A stretch of DNA of 60,557 bases from Octopus bimaculoides (lineage: Eukaryota): the NCBI RefSeq assembly GCF_001194135.2, contig NC_069001.1, positions 25,396,663 through 25,457,219 of the forward strand, written 5' to 3'. Shown piece by piece: positions 9,564-21,278 of the stretch. Position numbers and translations under genes: made by a program. Numbering within the stretch: the first letter of the stretch is position 1; each line of letters begins with the position of its first letter. A model generated the notes under the pieces. It saw only the letters and a list, made by a program, of their open reading frames with translations. It ran no database searches and was not told the DNA's origin.

Positions 9564-12164
9564 AACTATCTCATCTATCACCATGTGTGTCAAAGAATAT
9601 ATTGGCATAACCTTTTGTCTTTTTTTCATTTAATATGGAGGGTTAAGATTTAGGCGCAATCTTGATCATATTCCTAGCAACAATCACCTAGTGACTCCCT
9701 TCATAAGTTCCCTAATGTTGTCAATCTTCTAAAAAATATTGTGATTGCGGATAGTGTACATTCTGTGGCCCCTGTCATTCTTATTGTACAGAATTGGAAA
9801 ATAATGTTAGTTATTTGGCCCCGGGTTAACTCTGATTCAATAGAGAGTATGTTTTAATGTTTTCCAACCGTGTCTGACAACACTGTTTTTAGAGACAAAT
9901 CCACGCTGTCATTATACAATTTATTAAGACAACAGGATGTGATACGAGGCGAAGTCAGGATCTATTTTTAGCAGTGCAAGCGGCTGAGTTGATGTTTATG
10001 CAGCTGCTGCCGTTGTTGTTTTTGTTACAATGCTATTGTTGACTTTATTATTTCTCTATCAGGCCTGGAAAATTTAATAGCAATGCTGACTATGATGTTT
10101 TGATAAAAGACATCTTTGTCGCTGTCATTCATTGAATATTAAGCACAATTTTACCTTGACGTCAGCTGGAGTTAGGAGTGTAGATGTTCGTATTTCCATA
10201 AGAAGATATCATTACATCCCATCCTATCTATATTCGTTCGCTTGAAGTAAAACTCTCCTACTGTGATAATCATATATAATCACAAGAATCTAAGGAGGAC
10301 ATGCTGTTGACCAGTAAAAATTAAAGTCAATACAGGAGGGAAAAGGAAATGTAAGAGAAATAAGATATTTTAATGAAACATTGGAAGGAGAATTATATGT
10401 AAACTATTGAAAAAAATCTATTTAGGAATCGACGTGGCCTTCTCTTTACGAAAGAAAAACAGGCTAAATGTTTTCTTTATTCTGTCTTGCTGTGACTGAA
10501 TCGTACATTTTCTTTATCAGATTACTATTCTTAGCTTTTTAACTAATTAACCTGCAATCATTTTCATTACCCCTTCAGATTTGATTCGTATGCGTCTCTA
10601 CCTCTACGCATCCTCAATAACAACAGCCACAATTTCTCCTGCAATCCCCTGGATATAATGTTTACTTAAAGATACCTACAGGGAACTCTAAGGGCATTGA
10701 AAACAGCTGTAAGACAATGATGTTGAAATAACAGAATTTTGTAGTTTTGTATCCTTACTCTCGCCTTGCTATAGATTATCTCTCATTGAATAGTTCTATA
10801 ACTAAAGGTGTTCTCGGCGTAAACATCATATATTTCTTCAGCTGTGTCGGCATTGTGATTATTCCTTTCAAATATTTCTAACGTGTGTACCATTCAAGTA
10901 TTGAAGTTGATGAAATTGACAATAACTTTCTGGCTATGATAGAAATCAATTTATTCTATCGTTTCCTTTTTAATGAATGTTTATCTATTAACTTAGTCAC
11001 AATAACAGTGAATCATCACCTCGGTGACATTATAACTCACAAAGGTGAAATGGTAATGCAACTCTTGATTTTCTCAAAGCTTCCTTCCCAAACGAAAAAT
11101 ATGTTTCTGGCAATGCTATGAAAGTGACATGGAATTTGCGTGGGGCAAAGCAAATATTTTGCGTTGCTTTCGTTCCGTTACTTAGAAAACGTCATTCAGT
11201 TAGTGACAATCAAACAAGATTGCAACATAAGGCTGAACATTCACAGCGTAATTGTTTGGAACCGTAATGACAAAGCATTTCATCAAAAACTCTAGCATCC
11301 CAGCCAACTCCACTACCTTCAGTAAATATTTTATTCTAGACTCCCTGGAAAAGACAAAAGTCAAATTTGACCTCGAGGAAACTTGAAATAAATACCTGAA
11401 ATGTCGGAGAAAAAGAATTTTGAATCACACACAAATGATATTGTTTATTCCATGCGTGATAAATGAATCAATAAGTATTTAAATTTATATGTGCATGGGC
11501 AAAAGTAATTACTTACGTATGGACTTAAATATGTGTTCGAAAGGAGTCACGTTATTCCAAGTCGTCAAAAAAAAAAGAATGGCGCTCAGAGACAGCTTCG
11601 AATAAAATATTACTTTTTAGATTTTGGTTAATGGTACTCAAATTGCCATATTTCTCTTGCGATACGGAAAACAATCGAATAGGAAGTTAAACATACACGA
11701 AATGTACGAAAGATGATCCTTCAAGTGAAGTTCCAAGACATTAACTGCACGCTGATATTGCTAAATTTAACAGACAATTGTCTTATAAATCCATGCATTT
11801 CTTCTATAAATGTACATGCATTCATGCACACACTCACGTGAAGAAAGGCGAGAAGACAAAAAACTTCAGGGAAAAAAACAAAACAATTAATCAGAAAGAA
11901 GCTAAAGCGGGAATAGTTATTTCCCTTAGACCATAAGTTATAATGCTGCAAAGGTAGCAGCTTAGAGTTAATGGTAGAGGCTCAATCCGGTGGGGGAGGT
12001 ACTTCCGAATTTTTTCAAAAGGGTCGTAGGCATAATCTTCCAGCGTTGAATATTTTCGATCTAGATTTCAGCAGTGAGTTAGAGATCTGAGATCTCAAAA
12101 TTATCTGAACTCTTTCATTTAGGCAAAGTTTACTGGATTTTTTATCTGTTAACATAAGGTGTGG

Positions 12165-12542
12165 GGGCGCAATGGCCCTGTGGTTAGGGCAGCGGACTCG
12201 CGGGCATTGGGTCGCTGTTTCGATTCCCAGCCCGGGCGTTGTGAGTGTTTATTGAGCGAAAACACCTAAATTTCCACGAGGCTCCGGCAGGGGATGGTGG
12301 CGAACCCTGTTGAACTCTTTCGCCACAACTTTCTCTCACTCTTTCTTCCTGTTTCTGTTGTGCCTGTAATTCAAAGGGCCAACCTTGTCAAACTGTGTCA
12401 CGCTGAATATCCCCGAGAACTATGTTAGGGGTACACGTGTCTGTGGAGTACTCAGCTACTTGCACGTTAATTTCACGAGCAGGTTGTTGATCGGATCAAC
12501 TGGAACCCTCGACGTCGGAAACGACGGAGTGCCAACAACGAC
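12165..12542 (+). mobile_element. SINE family C, full length with 14-bp target-site duplication
   Basis: tRNA-like head (A box TGGCCCTGTGG, B box GTTTCGATTCC), 3' CAACAAC end; flanked by AACATAAGGTGTGG (12151-12164) and AACATAAGGTATGG (12543-12556). Confidence 0.9.
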
Positions 12543-12599
12543 AACATAAGGTATGGTTCTTTCAACTATTTTCCACTTTATTGTATGTCGAGAACATCA

Positions 12600-13560
12600 T
12601 AGCGCTCGCCTTGTTTCGGGAAGAAGCGAACACTATACATGAAAGTTATCCGGAACCCTCTCTCTACAAGAATTCCAAATCAAGATGACAAAAGAGGGTT
12701 ACATCTTCGCGAATTGTTATTTAAATATGTCACTAGGAATCTGTTCGTACATTACGAATCAGTCCTGCGCACCAGAGACAAAGCCACATACATACAGAAT
12801 GAGATAACAGGTATAGGAGAGATAAGCAGAGAGGTGACTGACAAAGCTAGCAATACCAAGTGGTCCCACGGGTGCTTGCCGCGCAACTGCCATCTGTCAT
12901 ACGAGGTTAAACGATTGGATCTGCGAAACAGGAAAGCTGGTAAACACCATAAGAAAGACCATAATATCAGATTAGAAAATTGCTTTGTTAGACTGCCGTA
13001 CTTCGACGACAAATCAACGGCAGTTATCCAACAATCCATCCACAAGTAGAGTTGGTACAGAGTGATACGACCCCGAGGAAAGTTCTGGCGTGGAAAATTA
13101 CCACAGAGAGCACAGTAGGGTGCGCACTCAGCAAGTTCCCCATCGATGACACCAAAATATGCTTGAGGGCATAAATGGCATACGTGGTAGTCTTCTATAT
13201 TGGGAGCACTATTAGGAAACTATACATCCGAATAAATGAGCATATGTAGACAAACACCTCGAGAAAGAAACACCTTAGGAAGTGCCAGAATTATGGAAGC
13301 CCTCCCTAGAAACAAGTTGAGATGAACCATTAAGAAAAGAAAGGACCTACACGAAATAGACTTATGGCTAAAGCAACACCAGTCCGCGCATATCACATTC
13401 CAACTTTCTCCCCCGCTCCTCCCCCCCCCCACACATCTTAGCAAAAAGCTTTTCAAAATATCGTTTTTCCGAGTGTCCTGAAAAAGGGTCTTCACTACGA
13501 AATATAAAATTATAAGGTAGGACTGCAACTTTGTCCCGTTTTCTTTTCGTTTTCTATTTT
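12600..13560 (+). mobile_element. Penelope-like retroelement fragment (thumb/linker plus GIY-YIG endonuclease), decayed
   Basis: Hand translation gives CFVRLPYFDDKS (~12981-13016) and YVVVFYIGSTIRKLYIRINEH (13181-13243), matching the PLE 'LPY' linker and 'YIGxTxRxLxxRxxEH' motifs; stops and frameshifts present. Confidence 0.7.
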
Positions 13561-13610
13561 ATTTTGTACCTCCACACAATGCAACGGCTTTACAAACTAC
13601 ATTCTCTAAA

Positions 13611-13611
<1 letters not shown>

Positions 13612-13664
<53 letters not shown>

Positions 13665-13782
13665 GTATATGAATATATCTATATATATGTATATATATAT
13701 AAATATATATATATATATGTGAATACATATACACATGCACACATACATATCTGTGTGTGTGTGTGTGTGCGTGCGTGCGTGC
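13612..13782. repeat. (CA)n/(TA)n/(GT)n/(GCGT)n microsatellite cluster
   Basis: Direct inspection. Confidence 0.9.
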
Positions 13783-14343
13783 TTAGATCTATATGCAGAC
13801 ACACAAAACAAGCGAATTCATGATGAGAGGTATTCCCTTTAGGTCTGCTGGGTCAGAGCAGTCCAGGGTTTAAGTTAAAACTACTACTGTCATACCTTCA
13901 CCATCACTACTACTACTACTGTTTATGCTGCTGCTACTACTACTACTACTACTACTACCAAAGCTACTACTGCTATTACCACTTCTACTACGACATTCAA
14001 GTAAATATTAACATTCTGTAACACTCGTTCTTTGAAGTTTTAGTTCTAGATATTGGGTTATTTAATAATGATATTTTTCTAAAGAATTATATTTGCGCAA
14101 TATTTCCATCAGTTTTATTGAATTAAAGAAACTCTACACCAAGTGCAAATAAATGATAATGAGTGTAAAGATGTGCGATTAAATAATCTTCACGATGTGC
14201 AAATTATTATATCACACGCACACGCATATTACAAATAAACATACAGATAATATCATACAAGATCACAGTTTAATCGAAAAGAAGCAAGAAATACAAACAC
14301 ACACACGTGTATCTGTCTGTACATATATATATATATCTGCCTG

Positions 14344-14404
<61 letters not shown>

Positions 14405-14411
14405 GATTATT

Positions 14412-14604
14412 ATGATTGACCGTTGACTGAACACTATTCAATTTTTTTTCTCCGTGTTTTTCTCCTTGTCTCCGTATTCTTTCTGTTGAAGAGCGTAGCT
14501 CGAAACGTCAAAGACTTTCCGTATTCCCGAGCGTCATACTAATATATACTTTTGTTATTTACACCAGCTGTCCTCGTCTGTTGTTATTATTTGTATATTC
14601 TCCC
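14412..14604 (+). mobile_element. ~190-bp non-coding repeat carrying a minimal hammerhead-like motif (Penelope pLTR-like), copy 1
   Basis: Homologous to 33568-33764 (-) and 53703-53781 (-); flanked by (TA)n. Confidence 0.75.
14478..14514 (+). ncRNA. Minimal type-I hammerhead ribozyme-like motif
   Basis: TCTTT-CTGTTGA-A-GAGC-GTA-GCTC-GAAA-CGTC-AAAGA: helix I TCTTT/AAAGA, helix II GAGC/GCTC, palindromic ACGT helix III, GUC cleavage triplet; core deviates at A6 (U). Confidence 0.6.
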
Positions 14605-14816
14605 ATATATATATACATACACATACGTGCACAAATCAAAAGTTCACATGTACTTGTGGAAATATGTACATGAATATTTGTAGCCATGTATGCTGGTGTG
14701 CACGAGTGTATTTGAGAATATATGCTCATAAACGTATGTAGTATATGTAGGAAGGTATATAACTACCTTTTCAATCCACAGCCATAACTGCCAGACGGGT
14801 ATCTTCTGGTAATACT

Positions 14817-15030
14817 CGTTTCAAATTTTCACACAGGAATTGTAAGTTCGGGTCAGGGATTAAGTCGATTATATCGATCGCAATATATATCTGGTACTTA
14901 TGTTATTGACATCGAAAGAACGAATGGCAAGGTAGATGTCGGCAGAATTTGAACTCAAAATGCAAAGACGGACAAAAAGCCGCTAAGCAATTTTCCCGCC
15001 GAAGTAAGTTTTCTTCTATCTCACCACCTT
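14817..15030 (-). mobile_element. SINE family A, degraded
   Basis: Reverse-complement family A head, body and tail. Confidence 0.75.
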
Positions 15031-15056
15031 ATTATTTGCTAATATTGAAATGCTTT

Positions 15057-15272
15057 AAGGCGGCAAGGTGTCAGAAACGTTTGCACGCCGGGCGAAATGT
15101 TTAGCGGTATTTCGTCTGCCTTTAGTTCCTGAGTTCAAACTCTGCAGTGGTTGACTATGTCATTCATTCTTTCGGAGTCGATATATTAAGTATCAGTTGC
15201 GTACTGGAGTCGATTTAATCGACTGGCCACTTTCCCCCAAAATTTCTTGCGTTGTGCCCAGAGTAGAAAATA
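15057..15272 (+). mobile_element. SINE family A
   Basis: AAGGCGGCAAGGTGTCAGAAACGTTTGCACGCCGGGCGAAATG...GGAGTCGATTTAATCGACT. Confidence 0.85.
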
Positions 15273-15557
15273 AACAGAAATACATTGGCAAATAGTTGTA
15301 TGAGGCTATAGTCACTAGTATGCATTATATAAATACATATAATATCAATAAAAAGATTATATGCACCACTAAATAAAGAATATTTTATGATTTTTATTTA
15401 TAAGCCCATGTGCATATTTAGATATAATCTCTAATATGCGCGTGGAAACATGATGGTTATGGTAGTTTCTCGTGTACGTGAATGACAAATCTGTAATTTC
15501 TTGCTGAACAACCTCCACAAACAATTGGTTATAGTGACCAAATTACACTGAGCTTAC

Positions 15558-16078
15558 CTGAACAGGTGCGCCTTATTTCACATGCCAAATGCCGATGTGA
15601 TCACAGAGCATGACGAGATGAAGTGATCTGTTGAAGAACTCAACGCACCACACGAACCAGAAATTGAAACCACCATCTCCCGTTCGCAATTACAACAGCC
15701 TGACCACTAGTACATACGCTCTCATGGATGTATCCCGATATTTATATATACACAAATACCTCCATTTTTATAAATTTTGCATAAGAATAATGCAAATTAA
15801 GTTTTCGTATGTTTCATGAGATTGTGTTTCTCCAAAAGCAAGTGAATTGTGAAATATTTTTGTTGTTGCTATAACTGGAAGACCACCATGTGCCAGTGAA
15901 TGCGTGTCTCTCTCTTCTCTCTATTGAGCGAACGACTCAGGCAAAGAGTGACGCAGTGTTCGAACAACAGCTTCTGGATGAAAGCAATGAGACAGAACAT
16001 AAACCATACATTATACACTTCAGTGATGAAGCATTCCATCAAGACAACCACTCACTCACATAATTTGCAGTCGCAGAG
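15558..16078. promoter_or_regulatory. Candidate bidirectional promoter with two divergent first exons
   Basis: Repeat-free island; minus-strand donor CAG|GTAAGC at 15558/15557, plus-strand donor GAG|GTGAGT at 16078/16079; CT-rich tract and TGACGC motif between them; TATA-like TATATAAA on the minus strand near 15745. Confidence 0.3.
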
Positions 16079-16669
16079 GTGAGTGTACAGTAATGGCACC
16101 TTCGGTAATGTTTGTAGCAAATATAAAAACCTTCAGCAAATATCTATCCGACAGTGCAATGGACTCAATTTGGCCTGATATATCTAACTCTCTTCCTTCC
16201 TCCATACCTACCTACATGCACAAATAACCACAGACATACACACATAGACACACACGCAATTATATATACATATATATTTATATGCATGTGTGTATATATA
16301 TATACACATGTATATATGTACATATGCATATACTTACATATCTCTGTATGTATGCATGTATATATGTATATGTGTGCGTATGTATGTGCGCGTGTGTGTG
16401 CGCATGCGTATGCATAAGTGTATGTACATTCACATATAATGTAAGTCTGTTCCATAGATTACACGACCATTGCCTGTTAAGATTTGCAAAGCGATAATGG
16501 CAATTTATTTCAACTAATGATTTGCAGCTTTTACAACAAATTATTAAATTAATGTCTCATCCGATTTAAATACAAGACAGAATAATAATATATGACATTG
16601 TATAACGCCTCTAGATGGGCGAATCGTATTATATTAACAGAACTATAATTGTGCAAGTGTCGATATCTT

Positions 16670-17490
16670 TTATATTCCATGTAGCATCAGTTTCAAAATT
16701 TTGAACCAGACCAGGAATTTCTGTGGCAGGGGTAAATCGATTACATCGACCAAAGGGCGCAACTGGTGTTTCCTTTGGCGGAACTCAGAACGTAAAGATG
16801 GACGAAACACCGCCAAGCATATTGCTAAACGTGCTAAAAATTCTGCCAGCTCACCGGTTATATTCTAAGTAATATTGGTTTCGAACTTTTGCCACTGGGC
16901 CAGTGATTTCGAGGAAGGGATTAAGTCGATTACATCAACGCCCAGGGCTAAACTGATACTTATTTTAACGACCTTGAAAGATGAAAGGCAGTCAGCTTCA
17001 TATTCCATTTAGTATAAGTTACAAATTTTGGCACAAAGCAAACAACATCTGGGGATTGGTAAGGCGATTACATCGACCCCAGTGCTTAACTGGTACTTTA
17101 TCGGCCCCGAGAAATGAATGGCAAAGTCGACCTGGGCGGAATTTATACATTCCATATAAAACTGGTTTCAAATGTTGGCACAAGGCAAGCAATATCTGGA
17201 GGAAGTAAGTCGATTACATCAACCCTAAAGTTCAGCTGGTACTTATTCTATCGACCGCGAAATGATGAAAGGCACAGTGATATTCCATGCATTATTGATT
17301 TCAAATTTTGGAACAAAGCCAGCGAGTCCGTGTATGGGGGTAAATTGACTACGACGAAATGACGAAATTCAAAACAGGACCGTGGCGGAATTTGAATTCG
17401 GAACGGAAAGACGGGTGAAATGCCGCTAAGTATTTTGTCCGGCGTGCTAACGTTTCTGCAAACTCACCATCTTATATTCTCTGTAATAGT
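16670..17490 (-). repeat. Array of five truncated/degenerate SINE-A units separated by a recurring linker
   Basis: Units begin (G/A)TTTCAAA(A/T)TTTGGCACAAGG-like at ~16691, 16877, 17018, 17164 and 17297; linker TATTCCAT-like recurs at ~16673, 16860, 17001, 17147, 17280 and 17472. Confidence 0.75.
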
Positions 17491-18486
17491 GCATCTCTAT
17501 CAAAAATATCTTTAACGAAGAAACGAAACAGGTATCTTTTATAATTTAAAAGTTTCATGTATACAAGGTTTCCTTTCTTTCAATTTATTTTCTCTTTTGT
17601 GTATTGATTAAATATTCTGATTAAACTTTTCAAAAGAATTCAATATATTTTCCCACCAGGTTATTCGATTAACTATATTCTAATCTAATCTTGCTACAAA
17701 TATTATCTTTTTGCAGACGAGATAAAAAGCCCACGTTGAATCTCACAGTTATCGTGAGAATGGCTACTTTGCCAGAAAGTAGTTTTTCATTGTATAAAAG
17801 TATTTCTTTTATTTTAACTACTAACTATATTTTCCATTTACAAAATGTTTACGTCGCTAGAGAGCCTCGAACCATACAAATCTACGCATGTATGTATGTA
17901 TGTATCTCTCTATATATTCTATATATTCACACACATATATACAGAAACATGAAGAAGATCACGTGTTTCGAAAGATGATAAATGCAAAATATGACTTCAG
18001 CTCATTCACTACATATTAAATATTGATGAGGCAATTCACCACTATATATCTTACGTAAATATATGGGACAGCATTTTTAATGCAAATATATTTTTGTATT
18101 TGAGACAGTAAAACACATACACGTCAGAATTGCCAAAATATACTTATAAATAGACATATATATAGTCCTACACAAACAGGCATACACACATACATACACA
18201 CATACATATGCACATATGTACATGTAACATGTATGTGTATGTGTGTATACAAGTATGTATGCTTGCGTGTATGTTATAGTACTTATACATGTATGTACCT
18301 AAGCGGATGCCTTGATTCCATTTGGGAGCAAATAACTATGAAATTATATAGATGCAAAGAACCGCATAAGCAGTTCTATATATAAATTATACATGAAGAC
18401 CATACCATAATTTTTACTCAGGATATATATGGATATGTATAAGATATGTTCATATGTACATGCCTATATATATATATATATATATA

Positions 18487-18551
<65 letters not shown>

Positions 18552-19085
18552 ATATATATGTATGTATATAAGTATGTATATATTCATACGCACACCATTA
18601 AATGTGTGTGTGTGTGCGCGTATATATATATCATTAAAGTGACTAAGAGCTTTGGTAAGCACCAGCATTCCTAGAAATAAGTGTTAAAACAACTCTTTGG
18701 CTCGATAAATCCCTTATCTTATCACTGCCAAGGGTTACAATCTCCGTACAGCATCCAGAGCATAGCCAGATCATCAGTTATTTCCGCAGTTATATTAATG
18801 TTCGTCGGTGGCTCTTACCTGATTACCTAGGGTTAAGCTGGCTCGCCTTGTCAGTTTATAAGTTTTACCGCAGAAATCCCATTCTGATTTCAAAAATGGT
18901 AAAAAGGAAAGTTATAAAGTTGGATCCTGTAGGGAGCTCGACTGCTTTGTCATTCATAAGATCTGTGCTTTATCGTGGGAAAGAGTTGTTTTGACATTTA
19001 CTTCTAGCAATGTTGGCGCTTACTAGTACCCGTAATCACTTTAGTGACATCTATAGTTCTACAGTTCTATATTTAAGAGAGCAGG

Positions 19086-19371
19086 AATTACGTACATTCT
19101 TTGCAATTGACGGGCATATGGCGTAGTGGTTAAGAGCGCACGCTACTAACCCCAAGATTCCGAGTTCGATTCCAGGCAGTGACCTGAATGATAATGATGA
19201 TAATAATAATAACAACAACAACATAGAAAAACACCTTAGAAATGAGAATCCAGGTAAGAAATTTCCCCATGACACATGATGAAGGCTGGAGGGTATATCA
19301 TCCGAAACGTTATGTTAACAACAAAAAAGATGAGGACAAATATCCGTTAAAGGTAAATAATGTAAATAATT
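19086..19371 (+). mobile_element. SINE family E: tRNA head, (AAT/AAC)n spacer, Penelope-type hammerhead-like tail, inverted termini
   Basis: A box TGGCGTAGTGG (19119-19129), B box GAGTTCGATTCC (19162-19173); tail GACAC-ATGATGA-A-GGCTG...CATCC-GAAA-CGTT-ATGTT; 28-bp terminal inverted repeat (21/28 identical). Confidence 0.75.
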
Positions 19372-19519
19372 TATAGTTCTCTTTTTGGTTGGTAATTGGT
19401 AATAAGACACCTTTATTAGTTATATATATTTATAATTAGACATAGATACATATATTTACATACGTCTATGTATGCAAACATTAGAATGCACCCTATCTCA
19501 GGTCTGGTCTTGAAGGCTT

Positions 19520-19835
19520 TAGTCAAATAATTAGACCACTCTACTTATTATTAAGCCTGCCACTTATTCTTTCGGACCTTTTGACGAATCGCTAAGTTAC
19601 GCGGACATAAAACGTACCACCGAGTCAGGCGACATTGTGGGACAAACACATACATGAATACCCCCCCACACACTCACATGTATGAGATAGCCTTCTTACA
19701 CTTTCTGTCTATAAATCTTCGGTTGGCGCAAAGTAATAGTAGTAAACTCTTGCCCAAGGTGTCACGCAGCGTGACACATCCCAGAATCCATTTGATTGAG
19801 AAGAAAGCTACTTACTATACATCCACACCTAACCC
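19520..19835 (-). mobile_element. SINE family B, old degraded copy
   Basis: CGCTAAGTTACGCGGACATAAA...GGGACAAACAC...TTGCCCAAGGTGTCACGCAG...GCTACTTACTATAC. Confidence 0.7.
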
Positions 19836-19884
19836 CTATCCCCATGTTTATCTATGTTTACACAGGTAAACGGATGCATCAAGG

Positions 19885-19887
<3 letters not shown>

Positions 19888-19941
<54 letters not shown>

Positions 19942-19978
19942 GCACACGCACACGCACACGCACACGCACACGCACACA
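19888..19978. repeat. (CA)n followed by (CGCACA)n
   Basis: Direct inspection. Confidence 0.95.
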
Positions 19979-20162
19979 TGCATGTGAATACATAACAAAT
20001 ACACACATAGCGAAAAGGCATGAACTAGTGAGTCTATTCCACTTAAGTTCAAATTGTTCCGTGATCAATTTCCACATCGGGTGACACGTTGTGCTTTTGA
20101 GCCACACTCTTCATTTAAATTGCTACAACCTGTTCTGTTGAAAATCTACAGTGATTTTGTAG

Positions 20163-20163
<1 letters not shown>

Positions 20164-20212
<49 letters not shown>

Positions 20213-20222
20213 NNNNNNNNNN

Positions 20223-20263
<41 letters not shown>
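20164..20263. repeat. (CT)n microsatellite with internal gap
   Basis: Direct inspection. Confidence 0.95.
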
Positions 20264-20267
<4 letters not shown>

Positions 20268-21230
20268 GTTTCATCGAGGACCTAAGGTAGCTTTCACAAG
20301 GCAGAGCTATAATGAATGCTGTAAAATTTGTGCTCATTTCGGATACCATATTAGGTAAAGAAACATTATCGATCGTAATTGCCGGTATGTCATATTCCCC
20401 AAGGTTTTCAACATGTATCATAACTGTAGTCATCCCTTCGTAGCAAAATTATAGTTGTGTTGATAGGTCACACTTCGATATGATGCAATAGCTAATATTA
20501 GGGAAACAAAATTGCTTAATATATGCTATTACCTGTTAGAAATAGCACTTACGTTCGTATATTTAAACCGTAATTGGTTAAACGTTAAAGGACATACTGG
20601 ATATTGTAATCTTAAAAATGCAACAGAAATAAATATCTTGGCGCTAAACGGCTGTAATAATCAATAAAATATGCAAATACTATATATCCAAACTTTAATT
20701 ACCTTGCCATGTGAGAGAATCGTAAGAGTACATGGCTAAATAATTAATGGTATTTAGTTACATTTCATTAACTCCTATGATCGAAACTCATAAACACTGA
20801 CGAGTAAACATTTTCATTGCCTCAAATAAGAAAAATAAATGGAATTTCATACATTTAGGAAAAAAGTCCTCCAGGCAGCCTGTATCTTATTTCATTCAAT
20901 GAGCTTTCTATAACAGTTATTCTACCCAGCTTCTCTTTAAACACTTGGATGGAGAAAAAGAGATTTCGGAGAGAAGATATTCGAAATAATGTTATCACGT
21001 AGTAGTGAATTTAATTTAACAAATGAAAATGTGTCTCTTATGATATTAATTAAATATTATGTGGACCGCGATAAAATTAATTTTCATAAAGATAATAAAA
21101 GTGAATTAAGTAAAACTGAACAGAAGGTGAGCACTGGTAGTCGATTCAATCATAATTGAATGAAGTCCTCACTTCGCTACTTTATTGCTTACACTTGTAA
21201 ACAGATGTTTAACGCTATATTTACACCAAG

Positions 21231-21233
<3 letters not shown>

Positions 21234-21278
<45 letters not shown>

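Noticed and set aside
13468-13512. Fourth hammerhead-like motif (CTGAAAA...CGAAATATA) at the end of the first Penelope fragment
   Set aside because: Position is suggestive, but G8 is missing and neither helix I nor helix II pairs convincingly.
16670-17490. CRISPR-like repeat-spacer array
   Set aside because: Eukaryotic context, degenerate linkers, 'spacers' are homologous SINE pieces, and there are no cas genes.
19112-19185. Functional tRNA gene (also considered at 12165-12240 and 4940-5014)
   Set aside because: A/B boxes are present but there is no pairing acceptor stem or cloverleaf, and each continues into a SINE body.
20989-21126. Plus-strand ATG-to-donor frame (MLSRSSEF...TEQK|GTGAGC)
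   Set aside because: Extremely AT-rich, with no homology and no supporting downstream exon.
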